DNA of 35,354 nucleotides from Candidatus Methanodesulfokora washburnensis. Its GTDB lineage: Archaea > Korarchaeota > Korarchaeia > Korarchaeales > Korarchaeaceae. A program made the translations under genes and the position numbers. This document shows positions 16,165 through 28,381 of the stretch, piece by piece. The DNA is taken from positions 1 to 35,354 of the forward strand of contig NZ_RCOS01000025.1 of the NCBI RefSeq assembly GCF_003947435.1. Direction: 5' to 3'. Within the stretch, counting starts at the first letter, position 1, and every line of letters starts with the position of its first letter. Below the pieces are notes generated by a model that ran no database searches, was not told the DNA's origin, and saw only the letters and a list, made by a program, of their open reading frames with translations.

Positions 16165-19100
16165 CTTTCAATTATCTTTGCATTGAGACACAGAGATGCT
16201 AAGTTCAACATACAGTGCGAGGCAATAGCTTTCAATCCTCTTTGCATTGAGACAAGAAGGGATAGAAGTGCTGAACGATGTGAGAGGTATACCTTTCAAT
16301 CCTCTTTGCATTGAGACCCAATTGCATGTAAATATCCATATTCATCGGATACCAGACTTTCAATCCTCTTTGCATTGAGACATGATCATGGACTGGAGGC
16401 ATCCACCTGATAATCTAACTTTCAATCCTCTTTGCATTGAGACATCGCTTTGTTCATCACATTCTTTGCTTTAATTTTAAATCTTTCAATCCTCTTTGCA
16501 TTGAGACCCCAGTCCACGAAAATCCTTCTTCCTTCAGCTCCTCCTTGCTTTCAATCCTCTTTGCATTGAGACACACTACCTCGGCTTCTTGGAAACCAGC
16601 GAAATATTTACTTTCAATCCTCTTTGCATTGAGACGTGCTGTTTGGCTTCTCGGATGGCTCTGTGAAGGAAATATTTCAATCCTCTTTGCATTGAGACCA
16701 GTGTTATCTCATTGATTACGAAAAGGGAATTGTCATTTCAATCCTCTTTGCATTGAGACTGAGGTGGTTGGTGTGGAGAGTGAAGGCCTGTTTTATGATT
16801 TCAATCCTCTTTGCATTGAGACTGCGTAATACGTGATAAACGCTCTGAATTCGTCCTCTGATTTCAATCCTCTTTGCATTGAGACAGGAGATGACAAAGG
16901 ATGAGATCTTATCAGCTGTAAAATTTCAATCCTCTTTGCATTGAGACTGAAATGCCGTCAAGAGGGCTGGTGTTCACATTCCTTAAATTTCAATCCTCTT
17001 TGCATTGAGACAGTCACGAACGAGGTTCTGTTTCCTTTTGAGGGTAATCCATTTCAATCCTCTTTGCATTGAGACTGGATAGAAAGATCAGGGAGTATAT
17101 TGAGGAACTGGAAATTTCAATCCTCTTTGCATTGAGACCAACAGCTGGAAGTACTGTTATCGAGTACTGAACCTTACATTTCAATCCTCTTTGCATTGAG
17201 ACTGGGAGGACTGAAAATGGAGGATCTTGAGAAAAAGGCTAATTTCAATCCTCTTTGCATTGAGACGTATTTCTCTATTTAAACCTTGCCTTCCCCAGTG
17301 GTCTAGCCATTTCAATCCTCTTTGCATTGAGACTTGCCTAAGCTTGTTATTCCCTTCTCCGCACAGACCTGAATTTCAATCCTCTTTGCATTGAGACTAT
17401 AAGAATGCCGTTAAAGCTAGCCTGATACTTCACAATATTTCAATCCTCTTTGCATTGAGACAAGCTAGGGCTATGGCTGCTGGTGATGATGAGACATCAA
17501 TTTCAATCCTCTTTGCATTGAGACCTCTGAGCTTAGGTGTCCTGGATACAATCGGAGAGCTGTATTTCAATCCTCTTTGCATTGAGACGGGGATATTTGT
17601 CCTTGCCACATACAAAGCCATTCAAGAATTTCAATCCTCTTTGCATTGAGACCGTAACAAGGAGGAAAAGGCGGTAAAAATGAAGAAAAGGATTTCAATC
17701 CTCTTTGCATTGAGACTGCAAATGCCCATCAGGAGCCTGGGAACCTTCTTAAAGTATTTCAATCCTCTTTGCATTGAGACACCACTGTCGCATTCGCAGG
17801 AGAGATTAAGGAGACTGAGATTTCAATCCTCTTTGCATTGAGACTTATGCACTTTGTCTTGTCCATCGTCACGAATAACTGGATTTCAATCCTCTTTGCA
17901 TTGAGACTTCTTCGGAGCCGGCGGGGGGAGTGTGAGAAGTATGAAAATTTCAATCCTCTTTGCATTGAGACAAGATAGTGATAAGGAAGGTGGACAGGGC
18001 TAGGGGGGTAAATTTCAATCCTCTTTGCATTGAGACAGGGCCACGGGAAGAACAGAATACGGGCAATGGGGAGTATTTCAATCCTCTTTGCATTGAGACA
18101 ACCTCTGGTACATTGCCGATGAACTAACGTTCATAATATTTCAATCCTCTTTGCATTGAGACCTAATGTTATTTTCCAGTGCATCCATTGACCAACTATA
18201 TAATTTCAATCCTCTTTGCATTGAGACCACAGGGTTGTCGCACCAGTAAAGTCATCGTCACCAGTAATTTCAATCCTCTTTGCATTGAGACAAATACGGG
18301 AGTCAGGAGGAGGAAAAGGGCCAAAAATGCGATTTCAATCCTCTTTGCATTGAGACGATCTTCTCTCTATCTAACCCGGATCGTGAAAAATAATATTTCA
18401 ATCCTCTTTGCATTGAGACATCAAAAAGCAGTAACATCAGGAGCACCAGCACCACTATTTCAATCCTCTTTGCATTGAGACAACTATTTGCTTTTTTGTG
18501 CTTCTCTGCCGGCTTTTTATTTCAATCCTCTTTGCATTGAGACGCAAAGAGAAAGCAGAAAGCGAGAAAAAGGAAGAAGACAGAATTTCAATCCTCTTTG
18601 CATTGAGACCCTTCTGGGAGGAGGGCCAAGTTGGTAATTTTTGACGAGATTTCAATCCTCTTTGCATTGAGACGGTTTTACCCCCTGAACGAGGCCCCAC
18701 CTAAAAATAAAAATTTCAATCCTCTTTGCATTGAGACTTGAGACGGTACTGGAACGTGAGCGTTACCGACTGCACGCCCTTATTTCAATCCTCTTTGCAT
18801 TGAGACGGATATATGGTGAGATGCCTATGCCCCGAAGAAGTTAAATTTCAATCCTCTTTGCATTGAGACAAAAGCGAAGGTATCACCAGCCGAAGTTGCG
18901 GATTTATCATTTCAATCCTCTTTGCATTGAGACAGTACAAGGACATTGAGATAATGCATGGTGGTATTCTAATTTCAATCCTCTTTGCATTGAGACCACC
19001 ATCTAACATTGATCCCGATGCCTTCGGATTAAGCATTTCAATCCTCTTTGCATTGAGACCCTGCAGCTGTCAAAAGAGCAGGGAAAGGTAGAGTAAATAT

Positions 19101-22100
19101 TTCAATCCTCTTTGCATTGAGACCCCCCATCCTCGGGTTGGGTGTGTGTGGTGCCCGATCCATTTCAATCCTCTTTGCATTGAGACGAAAGCATGCATAT
19201 CTAGGGAGATCTTTTGGAAACCTATTTCAATCCTCTTTGCATTGAGACTTATTGCCTTTGCTGTTGGCTCATAAGAGCCAGTAGCATAATTTCAATCCTC
19301 TTTGCATTGAGACACAGCGGATAATTTCAAGGGGGGAGTTTTGACTATGGATTTCAATCCTCTTTGCATTGAGACAAAATTTGCGAGCTGGATGGGATAC
19401 TGAAGGAGAATTACATTTCAATCCTCTTTGCATTGAGACTGTCTGACTGGATCCAGCTGTTGTTCGCAGGGGAATCAATTTCAATCCTCTTTGCATTGAG
19501 ACTTTGAAAGAACACGCATCTGTATGTCTGCCTGCTTCCTATTTCAATCCTCTTTGCATTGAGACTTCCCCCTGTAAACGGAGGAAGGATTAACGGAAGA
19601 AATATTTCAATCCTCTTTGCATTGAGACGTGTCCATTATTCCAAAACCCAGCAGGCCGGCTCCCATATTTCAATCCTCTTTGCATTGAGACCATAATGAC
19701 CGATACTGTTGCAGACATACCCACAAAGATATTTCAATCCTCTTTGCATTGAGACGGGAGGTGTACAAGGCTGTTGCTAAGGCTGCCCAAGGGGCTTTCA
19801 ATCCTCTTTGCATTGAGACGAATGAGATACAAAAAGAGAATGAGGAGGAGAAGCAGAACTTTCAATCCTCTTTGCATTGAGACAATCTGTTCATGTGGAA
19901 CGAGTGGTTTAGCTCCAGACTCTTTCAATCCTCTTTGCATTGAGACAATCCCTTTCAGCCCTTAGCCTAGCAACTTCCTCCTGCCTTTCAATCCTCTTTG
20001 CATTGAGACTAAGCTCTATTGCCGATACATCCGTAACAAGATAGTCCTTTCAATCCTCTTTGCATTGAGACTGAAGAGGACTGGGATGTGCAGGTACTTC
20101 CGCTTTCTACCCTTTCAATCCTCTTTGCATTGAGACTTCTACGACAGGGGAAATGCAAACGAGGCGTACATATTCTTTCAATCCTCTTTGCATTGAGACG
20201 AGAATAATGGCTGAAATTGAGAGCCAAGGCTTTGAAGCTTTCAATCCTCTTTGCATTGAGACTGCAGACAAAATGAGCACTTCTGACTGGTGGAATGTCG
20301 TCTTTCAATCCTCTTTGCATTGAGACAAACAGAGAGTATAGCTGTGAAAAATATAACTGGAAGACTTTCAATCCTCTTTGCATTGAGACGACAATATCCA
20401 CAGCCTGAAAGATACTCACGCCGAATTTGTCTTTCAATCCTCTTTGCATTGAGACAGATACTACTCCAATCACCATCATTCCCTTGTATCCCTTTCAATC
20501 CTCTTTGCATTGAGACAAAACCCCGAACCCGACCACTCTCAGGATCATATTCCCTTTCAATCCTCTTTGCATTGAGACAATGTGAATTGGGATATTGTTG
20601 ATAGTTTCTCAGTATCAGCTTTCAATCCTCTTTGCATTGAGACCTTATGAAGATGTTTTTGGGTGGCGGAGGAGGGGGAAGCTTTCAATCCTCTTTGCAT
20701 TGAGACATCCAGAACCTCATCCAAACCTCTGGTGTCCACACTTGTGCTTTCAATCCTCTTTGCATTGAGACGATGAAGGCGGTAAGATCTGCTTTCGTCA
20801 GATTTTACTCCTTTCAATCCTCTTTGCATTGAGACTTGAGAGGCTATGCATTAGGTGCGGGCGTGACCTTGGACTTTCAATCCTCTTTGCATTGAGACGA
20901 CCCCTATGGGGTCAATAAAAGGGAGTGAGAATATGAGCTTTCAATCCTCTTTGCATTGAGACTTATGTTTATAAGCTCAGATACCCTTACACCCGTAAAA
21001 CTTTCAATCCTCTTTGCATTGAGACGTCTCCCTCTGCGAACACAAAGCCGAGCAGAGGCATTGTCTTTCAATCCTCTTTGCATTGAGACTATAGGTAGGA
21101 AGCACCCTGCGGGCTTCTCGGGCCTCGCTTTCAATCCTCTTTGCATTGAGACTCCTTCTTTCGATATGGTTTATTGCAGTGCTGGCACTTTCAATCCTCT
21201 TTGCATTGAGACTACAACTATCTGCTTTCCCATAAAACCACCTCTACTACTTTCAATCCTCTTTGCATTGAGACGAGAGGGTTGCAAAGTTCTACGCCTA
21301 CGGCGACGGTGGGACTTTCAATCCTCTTTGCATTGAGACTGAAAGGATTGTCCGAAAGAGGGTACTCCCTCCCGCAATGCTTTCAATCCTCTTTGCATTG
21401 AGACGCGGTTAAAGTGGGGGTCTCGAAGTCTGTGGCTTTAACCCCTTTCAATCCTCTTTGCATTGAGACTTGAGATGCCCGAACTGTGGTTATGAGTGGG
21501 ACTATAAGCTTTCAATCCTCTTTGCATTGAGACCTCTCTCTCCCCAATAGTGATCGGGCTACCGCTATATCTTTCAATCCTCTTTGCATTGAGACTATAC
21601 TCCGGAAACGAGAGGGAGGCCTACAGGCTGCCTTTCAATCCTCTTTGCATTGAGACGGGGTTTTACCCCCCGAAAGGCCCCCACCAAAAAGGGTTACTTT
21701 CAATCCTCTTTGCATTGAGACGTTCAAGCCTGATGTCATCATTCCAGTGCTTCCCCTCTCCTTTCAATCCTCTTTGCATTGAGACTTTTTCTGAAGCAGC
21801 CAGTGAAACGGAGGAGGATTTGGCTTTCAATCCTCTTTGCATTGAGACTGCCCTGTTGTAAACCCTTACGTGTGCGATAAGCCCGTCTTTCAATCCTCTT
21901 TGCATTGAGACCCATTCCTTGCTGTAGCCCCAGAACTCCATCGCATTCTCTTTCAATCCTCTTTGCATTGAGACGAAGAGATCGGGAAGAGCATAGGGAT
22001 GGAAAAGGGCAAAATCTTTCAATCCTCTTTGCATTGAGACCTTTTTCCTGAGCTCATAGAAGAAGTCCACGTAGTCCTCTTTCAATCCTCTTTGCATTGA

Positions 22101-25100
22101 GACTTAGGACATTGCAGGACTTCAGACTGCTGACAAGACTACCTTTCAATCCTCTTTGCATTGAGACGGGTGCATGTGGTTCATTGAGGGCAAGTGCGCT
22201 GTTGTCGCTTTCAATCCTCTTTGCATTGAGACTGAAAACCCAGTATTTATTGAGTCCCACTATGATGAAATCTTTCAATCCTCTTTGCATTGAGACTGAA
22301 GTTCTACAGGATGCTGGGGAAGAAGGCGGTGACTTTCAATCCTCTTTGCATTGAGACACAGAGTTGCAAGGCCGTTTGTCACAGCCAATGTTCCCTTTCA
22401 ATCCTCTTTGCATTGAGACGTAGCTTGGAGGGAGAGGGCAAAGGAGGTGTGTGGATAGGGTCATCTTTCAATCCTCTTTGCATTGAGACTTTCATGGAGG
22501 AAAACAGGGAGATAGTTGAATACATAAACCTTTCAATCCTCTTTGCATTGAGACCTTTTTAGCTTAGTCAAGATGTTCTTGCAGGATAATTCCTTTCAAT
22601 CCTCTTTGCATTGAGACAAGCATCACTTTAACAGCGTTTGGGTAGAACTTGGCTACTTTCAATCCTCTTTGCATTGAGACTTGGGATTCGGCCCCTAGGG
22701 GCGACCTCCCCTCCCCTTTCAATCCTCTTTGCATTGAGACTCCAGTGCCCATACAGAGGATAAATAATGCCGAAAATAACTTTCAATCCTCTTTGCATTG
22801 AGACAAAAAGAAAGGAAGGGGATGGTCATTTTCTCACCCTGTCTTTCAATCCTCTTTGCATTGAGACCCTTTTGTCGGCCCATATGATCTGGAAATCAGG
22901 CTGAACTTTCAATCCTCTTTGCATTGAGACAGTATATGTCGATAAAATGTCTAATTGCGAAACGTATAGTCTTTCAATCCTCTTTGCATTGAGACTGTGC
23001 TTGAGATGCTTGCAGAAAAGGGATGGCATCCCCCTTTCAATCCTCTTTGCATTGAGACATATGATCCAGAGAAGGAAGTAGCAGTCAAGCTCTTCTCACT
23101 TTCAATCCTCTTTGCATTGAGACGCATTCAAGAGAGATCATCCTGAGCCATTCTTCGTAATCCTTTCAATCCTCTTTGCATTGAGACGGTAAAACAGCTG
23201 AAGAAGAGCTATGAGGAGCTAAAACCTTTCAATCCTCTTTGCATTGAGACGCAGGACAGATGAGCAGTGATTACATAATCTTAGAATCTTTCAATCCTCT
23301 TTGCATTGAGACGACAAACTGCCTGTTCTGGTCGTTTACCAGTGCCTGCACTCTTTCAATCCTCTTTGCATTGAGACGGGCGCAGACTGTCCAACAACTT
23401 CATCCCTGTTTCTCTCTTTCAATCCTCTTTGCATTGAGACGCCCTTTTTCCTATTGTGTCCTTTCTTTTTGCCAGCTTTTCTTTCAATCCTCTTTGCATT
23501 GAGACTAAACGGCACAAGCCTATCCATGTCCGACGTCTTCATCTTTCAATCCTCTTTGCATTGAGACACAACTACTTTTCGATGCGATAGGTAGGTGTGC
23601 TATCTATCTTTCAATCCTCTTTGCATTGAGACGATGAAAAAGAGGTGATCTTCAATGTCCAGACCTCCTAACTTTCAATCCTCTTTGCATTGAGACGAGG
23701 ATGGCTCAACTGTAACCCTAACTGTGAAGGACTCAACTTTCAATCCTCTTTGCATTGAGACGCTGGGAAGAGCATAAGGCTTGACGTTGGGCCAACCGTG
23801 CCTTTCAATCCTCTTTGCATTGAGACAGGGGCCGGGATTCACGCAGTTCTTCAGGAGGCTGTTTGGAACTTTCAATCCTCTTTGCATTGAGACACCTTCA
23901 AAATAATAGTGAGGTGGAACGGGACGGATCCTTTCAATCCTCTTTGCATTGAGACTCAGGACAAGGGGCACCAGTATGGAGGCCAGTATGTACACTTTCA
24001 ATCCTCTTTGCATTGAGACTTTGTTCCCAATGTTGCATTTGAGGGATAGGCTGTAATCTTTCAATCCTCTTTGCATTGAGACTTCAGGGGATAAAGTGTG
24101 CCGAATACCTGTTGAGAATAACTTTCAATCCTCTTTGCATTGAGACGAAGGAGCTGAGAAGCACCCTTAAGTCGGCCTTTGAGCATCTTTCAATCCTCTT
24201 TGCATTGAGACTTCTTGAGAAACAGCGTGATCTCCATGTAGTCGTTATTCCTTTCAATCCTCTTTGCATTGAGACTGGATGGGTTCATATACAGTAGGGG
24301 GTCACTTTCCCGGTCTTTCAATCCTCTTTGCATTGAGACTTGATTTTTGTTAAGAGCATAAGCTATTGCAGCACCTTTCAATCCTCTTTGCATTGAGACT
24401 TCTCTACACGGTCTTAGACAGGGCTTTAGCCTCATTTTCTTTCAATCCTCTTTGCATTGAGACGAGGTGATTGTATGGGTGAGCGGGTAATCATGATATC
24501 AGAGCTTTCAATCCTCTTTGCATTGAGACCAGGGAGAGACCGACCGTATCGTGGACAGAGAGAGAATAGCAGCTTTCAATCCTCTTTGCATTGAGACTTC
24601 CCTGGCTGATACCGATTCAAGGCTGGAATAAGAATCCCTTTCAATCCTCTTTGCATTGAGACAGAGGTTCAATATTCCCTTCAACGAGGAGGAAGTAAGG
24701 CCTTTCAATCCTCTTTGCATTGAGACAATATTTTCTAGCCATTCCTCTCTTTTATCTCTCAAAACCTTTCAATCCTCTTTGCATTGAGACAGGTGTCGGA
24801 AGCTTTTCGATGATCCTGTCCGTTATGCTTACTTTCAATCCTCTTTGCATTGAGACTACGAGCTTTCTTTCACAAATCCTTCTGCAGTATGCACTTTCAA
24901 TCCTCTTTGCATTGAGACTCAGGAGGGCTTCTCCTCGACTAAAAAACAAATAAACTGCTTTCAATCCTCTTTGCATTGAGACATGCCCACCGGAACTTAA
25001 GTGTGCCACAAGGATAATAATCTTTCAATCCTCTTTGCATTGAGACGAAGGTGATTGAATGAAGAGACTAGATTCTGACTTTAATCTTTCAATCCTCTTT

Positions 25101-28100
25101 GCATTGAGACTTATATTTAGCCACACAAAAGTGGCAGAAAGATCCTCTACTTTCAATCCTCTTTGCATTGAGACGAATCAGGGGACATAACCAAGGGGAG
25201 GGAAGTCGCACTCTTTCAATCCTCTTTGCATTGAGACGTGTTGAACCATAAGTAGTATGGAGATACAGTCCAAGTCTTTCAATCCTCTTTGCATTGAGAC
25301 AGCATAGTGCCAAGCTCATTAGCCTTATATCGCTTGCCTTTCAATCCTCTTTGCATTGAGACGGAAGTGGCGGAAAAAGCAATAGATGTAGTAAGGGCGT
25401 TACTTTCAATCCTCTTTGCATTGAGACAAGAAGATCAGGGAAGAAAGGAGGAAAAAGATGGAGGAGGCTTTCAATCCTCTTTGCATTGAGACGGAGGGAG
25501 AAAGGGCCAAAGGAGGACATTGAGATGATAACTTTCAATCCTCTTTGCATTGAGACGTTGAGCTTCAGGGCCTTGTGGAGGAGGTTCTTAAGAAACTTTC
25601 AATCCTCTTTGCATTGAGACAAGCATAATACTAGCGGCAATAACCGGTTCACAGGCTGGGGCTTTCAATCCTCTTTGCATTGAGACGGACAGTTTATAAG
25701 ATGATCCACCAGCTCCTCAACAGTCACTTTCAATCCTCTTTGCATTGAGACGTAGGCCAGAAAGTAGCCCCTCTTCCCGCCCCTCGGCACTTTCAATCCT
25801 CTTTGCATTGAGACTATGTGCAGGCTGAAACCGATATTCAAACCTACCTACCTTTCAATCCTCTTTGCATTGAGACAAATACAAAAGTCCTCTTGCAGAA
25901 GTCATTTAAATTCTCACTTTCAATCCTCTTTGCATTGAGACTCAAGGAGGTTTCCCCTGATCCATACAAAAAGGGAGAGCACTTTCAATCCTCTTTGCAT
26001 TGAGACCTTTTGACCTCTACATAGGCTACTTTGTCATTCAGCCCTTTCAATCCTCTTTGCATTGAGACACAGGTGAACTGCTGGTATGTCGAGGACTGGC
26101 TGAGGCCTTTCAATCCTCTTTGCATTGAGACAACCGCTTCTGTGCCTCCTCTATCCCCTTCATGTTCTCATCTTTCAATCCTCTTTGCATTGAGACTGCA
26201 TGCACGAGCATAACAGGATAACGTGGAGTCTTAACTTTCAATCCTCTTTGCATTGAGACTATATGATGTAGTTTTGATGGAGGATATACCCTCTGATACC
26301 TTTCAATCCTCTTTGCATTGAGACTGATCTTGTGGCTGAAAAAGGGAGGGAAATTTGTCTTGACTTTCAATCCTCTTTGCATTGAGACGAAGCAAAGGGG
26401 GGAAGAGAAGACGAAAAAGGTAAAGGCTTTCAATCCTCTTTGCATTGAGACGGAGCTTGATGGTTTTGAGAGAAAGGTTTAAATAGGCTCTTTCAATCCT
26501 CTTTGCATTGAGACGTAATTGTTGTTTGACAGAGACAGGAATATAAAGAGAAAGCTTTCAATCCTCTTTGCATTGAGACGGAGGAGGTTCTTAAGAAAAG
26601 AACGCAGGAGAACATAACTTTCAATCCTCTTTGCATTGAGACTGTAAACTGGTGTCCTGCCTCGCACATAAGATAAATACTTTCTTTCAATCCTCTTTGC
26701 ATTGAGACGGTCTGATCCATCCAGATCTGAAACCTTTGTTGCAGCTATCTTTCAATCCTCTTTGCATTGAGACAGGGAGAATATCCTGAGGGCCTGTCGG
26801 GAGGGGGATTATCTTTCAATCCTCTTTGCATTGAGACGAAGAAGAGCTGAAAAAAGCTGAGGAGGAGATCCCCTCGTCTTTCAATCCTCTTTGCATTGAG
26901 ACGAACATATCCCTTATCATCATCCTCACAACATCCGTAAGCTTTCAATCCTCTTTGCATTGAGACTCAACGTACTCATCCGCCCATGATCTCAGAGGAT
27001 TTGCCACCTCTTTCAATCCTCTTTGCATTGAGACTAAAAGCCTTGGCGCTAAAGGAGGGTAGAAAAAAGGTGACCTTTCAATCCTCTTTGCATTGAGACG
27101 TATTTGCTGTTATGTTGAGATCGGAGAGAAGGGCATCACTTTCAATCCTCTTTGCATTGAGACACCCTGCCCGTGGAGCCCGGCGGCCCAAACTCGGTGG
27201 CGTCTTTCAATCCTCTTTGCATTGAGACACGATCTGGCTACCTGATGAGATATACAAGAAGCTGCTCTTTCAATCCTCTTTGCATTGAGACTCACTCATG
27301 CCTCTCTCACACTCCCCCCGTCCCCGCAAGCTTTCAATCCTCTTTGCATTGAGACCTGAAAAGCACATATTCGCAGCATGGGTAGAGCAGACACCTTTCA
27401 ATCCTCTTTGCATTGAGACGGGAGGTGCAAGGAAAACATAACGGCCTGCGTTGAGGACATAACTTTCAATCCTCTTTGCATTGAGACTTAGGCGAGCCTA
27501 ATATATAGATCTCGGTAAAGTATATCTTTCAATCCTCTTTGCATTGAGACGTGTTGGCGAACAGAGGGATGTTCACGGATCTGTTGCTCCTTTCAATCCT
27601 CTTTGCATTGAGACCAGGGACATAGAGAAGGTGATAGAGAAGAGGTATAAAGCTCTTTCAATCCTCTTTGCATTGAGACTGCTCCAGAGGATATTTTGCA
27701 GGAGATAATTGAGGACATCTTTCAATCCTCTTTGCATTGAGACTCTACCCACCATCCTAGCTATTTCCATTGTATCGTGATACTTTCAATCCTCTTTGCA
27801 TTGAGACGAGAGACCTGCTGGATTCCGTGTCCGAGAGGGTTCTGGCCTTTCAATCCTCTTTGCATTGAGACCCTTCGAGCCTAAAAGTCCGAAGGTGGAT
27901 TTCACCTCAACTTTCAATCCTCTTTGCATTGAGACGGGGATAGCAGTAGCAGAAGTTACAGAATATGCATTAACCTTTCAATCCTCTTTGCATTGAGACT
28001 ATACAAAATGTGCCTTCCATGATCGGTAATGCAATACCTTTCAATCCTCTTTGCATTGAGACGAAGCTGACAAGGTAAATGGAAGTGTTTCCTCAACAAT

Positions 28101-28381
28101 CTTTCAATCCTCTTTGCATTGAGACTAATTGCATTAGTTGCACTAATTCAGGGGATAATAGCCACTTTCAATCCTCTTTGCATTGAGACAATAAGAGAAA
28201 TAGCCAGTAAAAGGGAGTTATCCCCTTACTTTCAATCCTCTTTGCATTGAGACCGACCTTCTTCAACATAGAAGAATGCCGTGTTGAGGAGAACTTTCAA
28301 TCCTCTTTGCATTGAGACGTAGTGGTCAGACAGTTAGAAAAGGCTAAGGAATACACCTTTCAATCCTCTTTGCATTGAGAC
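16165..28381 (-). CRISPR. CRISPR array of about 192 repeats of 25 nt (minus-strand reading GTCTCAATGCAAAGAGGATTGAAAG/T) with about 191 spacers of 35-45 nt. Transcribed on the minus strand from the leader at 28382-28897. The oldest, degenerate repeat is at 16165-16189 (CTTTCAATTATCTTTGCATTGAGAC).
   Basis: Direct reading: perfectly periodic repeat with a unit of about 62-67 bp. The repeat ends ATTGAAAG (canonical 8-nt crRNA 5' handle) on the minus strand. The low-coordinate repeat is mutated and the high-coordinate end abuts an AT-rich non-coding leader. The ORFs listed by the track inside this span are translation artefacts of the repeat. Confidence 0.97.

Noticed and set aside
16636-19795. 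Possibility that the region holds two or three separate arrays with different repeats rather than one.
   Set aside because: Repeat-spacer periodicity is uninterrupted across the block boundaries (no gap, leader or degenerate repeat at 16636-16674 or 19756-19795). The variants differ at a single base only, so this is one array with internal polymorphism.
18543-26425. Several spacers with weak mutual similarity (e.g. 24450-24490 vs 25052-25090 sharing GA(A)GGTGATTG(T/A)ATG; 18293-18332 vs 25492-25530 sharing AAGGGCCAAA; 19756-19794 vs 27418-27460 sharing GGGAGGTG).
   Set aside because: The shared stretches are 8-14 nt and purine-rich. They could reflect common ribosome-binding-site or start contexts, or chance, in about 191 spacers. 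They are not strong enough to claim common protospacers, unlike the two pairs reported as findings.
16165-28381. Dozens of 60-160-aa ORFs on both strands inside the array (e.g. 20009-20479, 21663-22097, 23675-24076, 20290-20601), full of the peptides MQRGLK, LNAKRIE, SILFALR and FNPLCIET.
   Set aside because: These peptides are simply the six-frame translations of the 25-nt CRISPR repeat, recurring every ~64 nt. The ORFs exist only because the repeat lacks stop codons in some frames; they are not genes.
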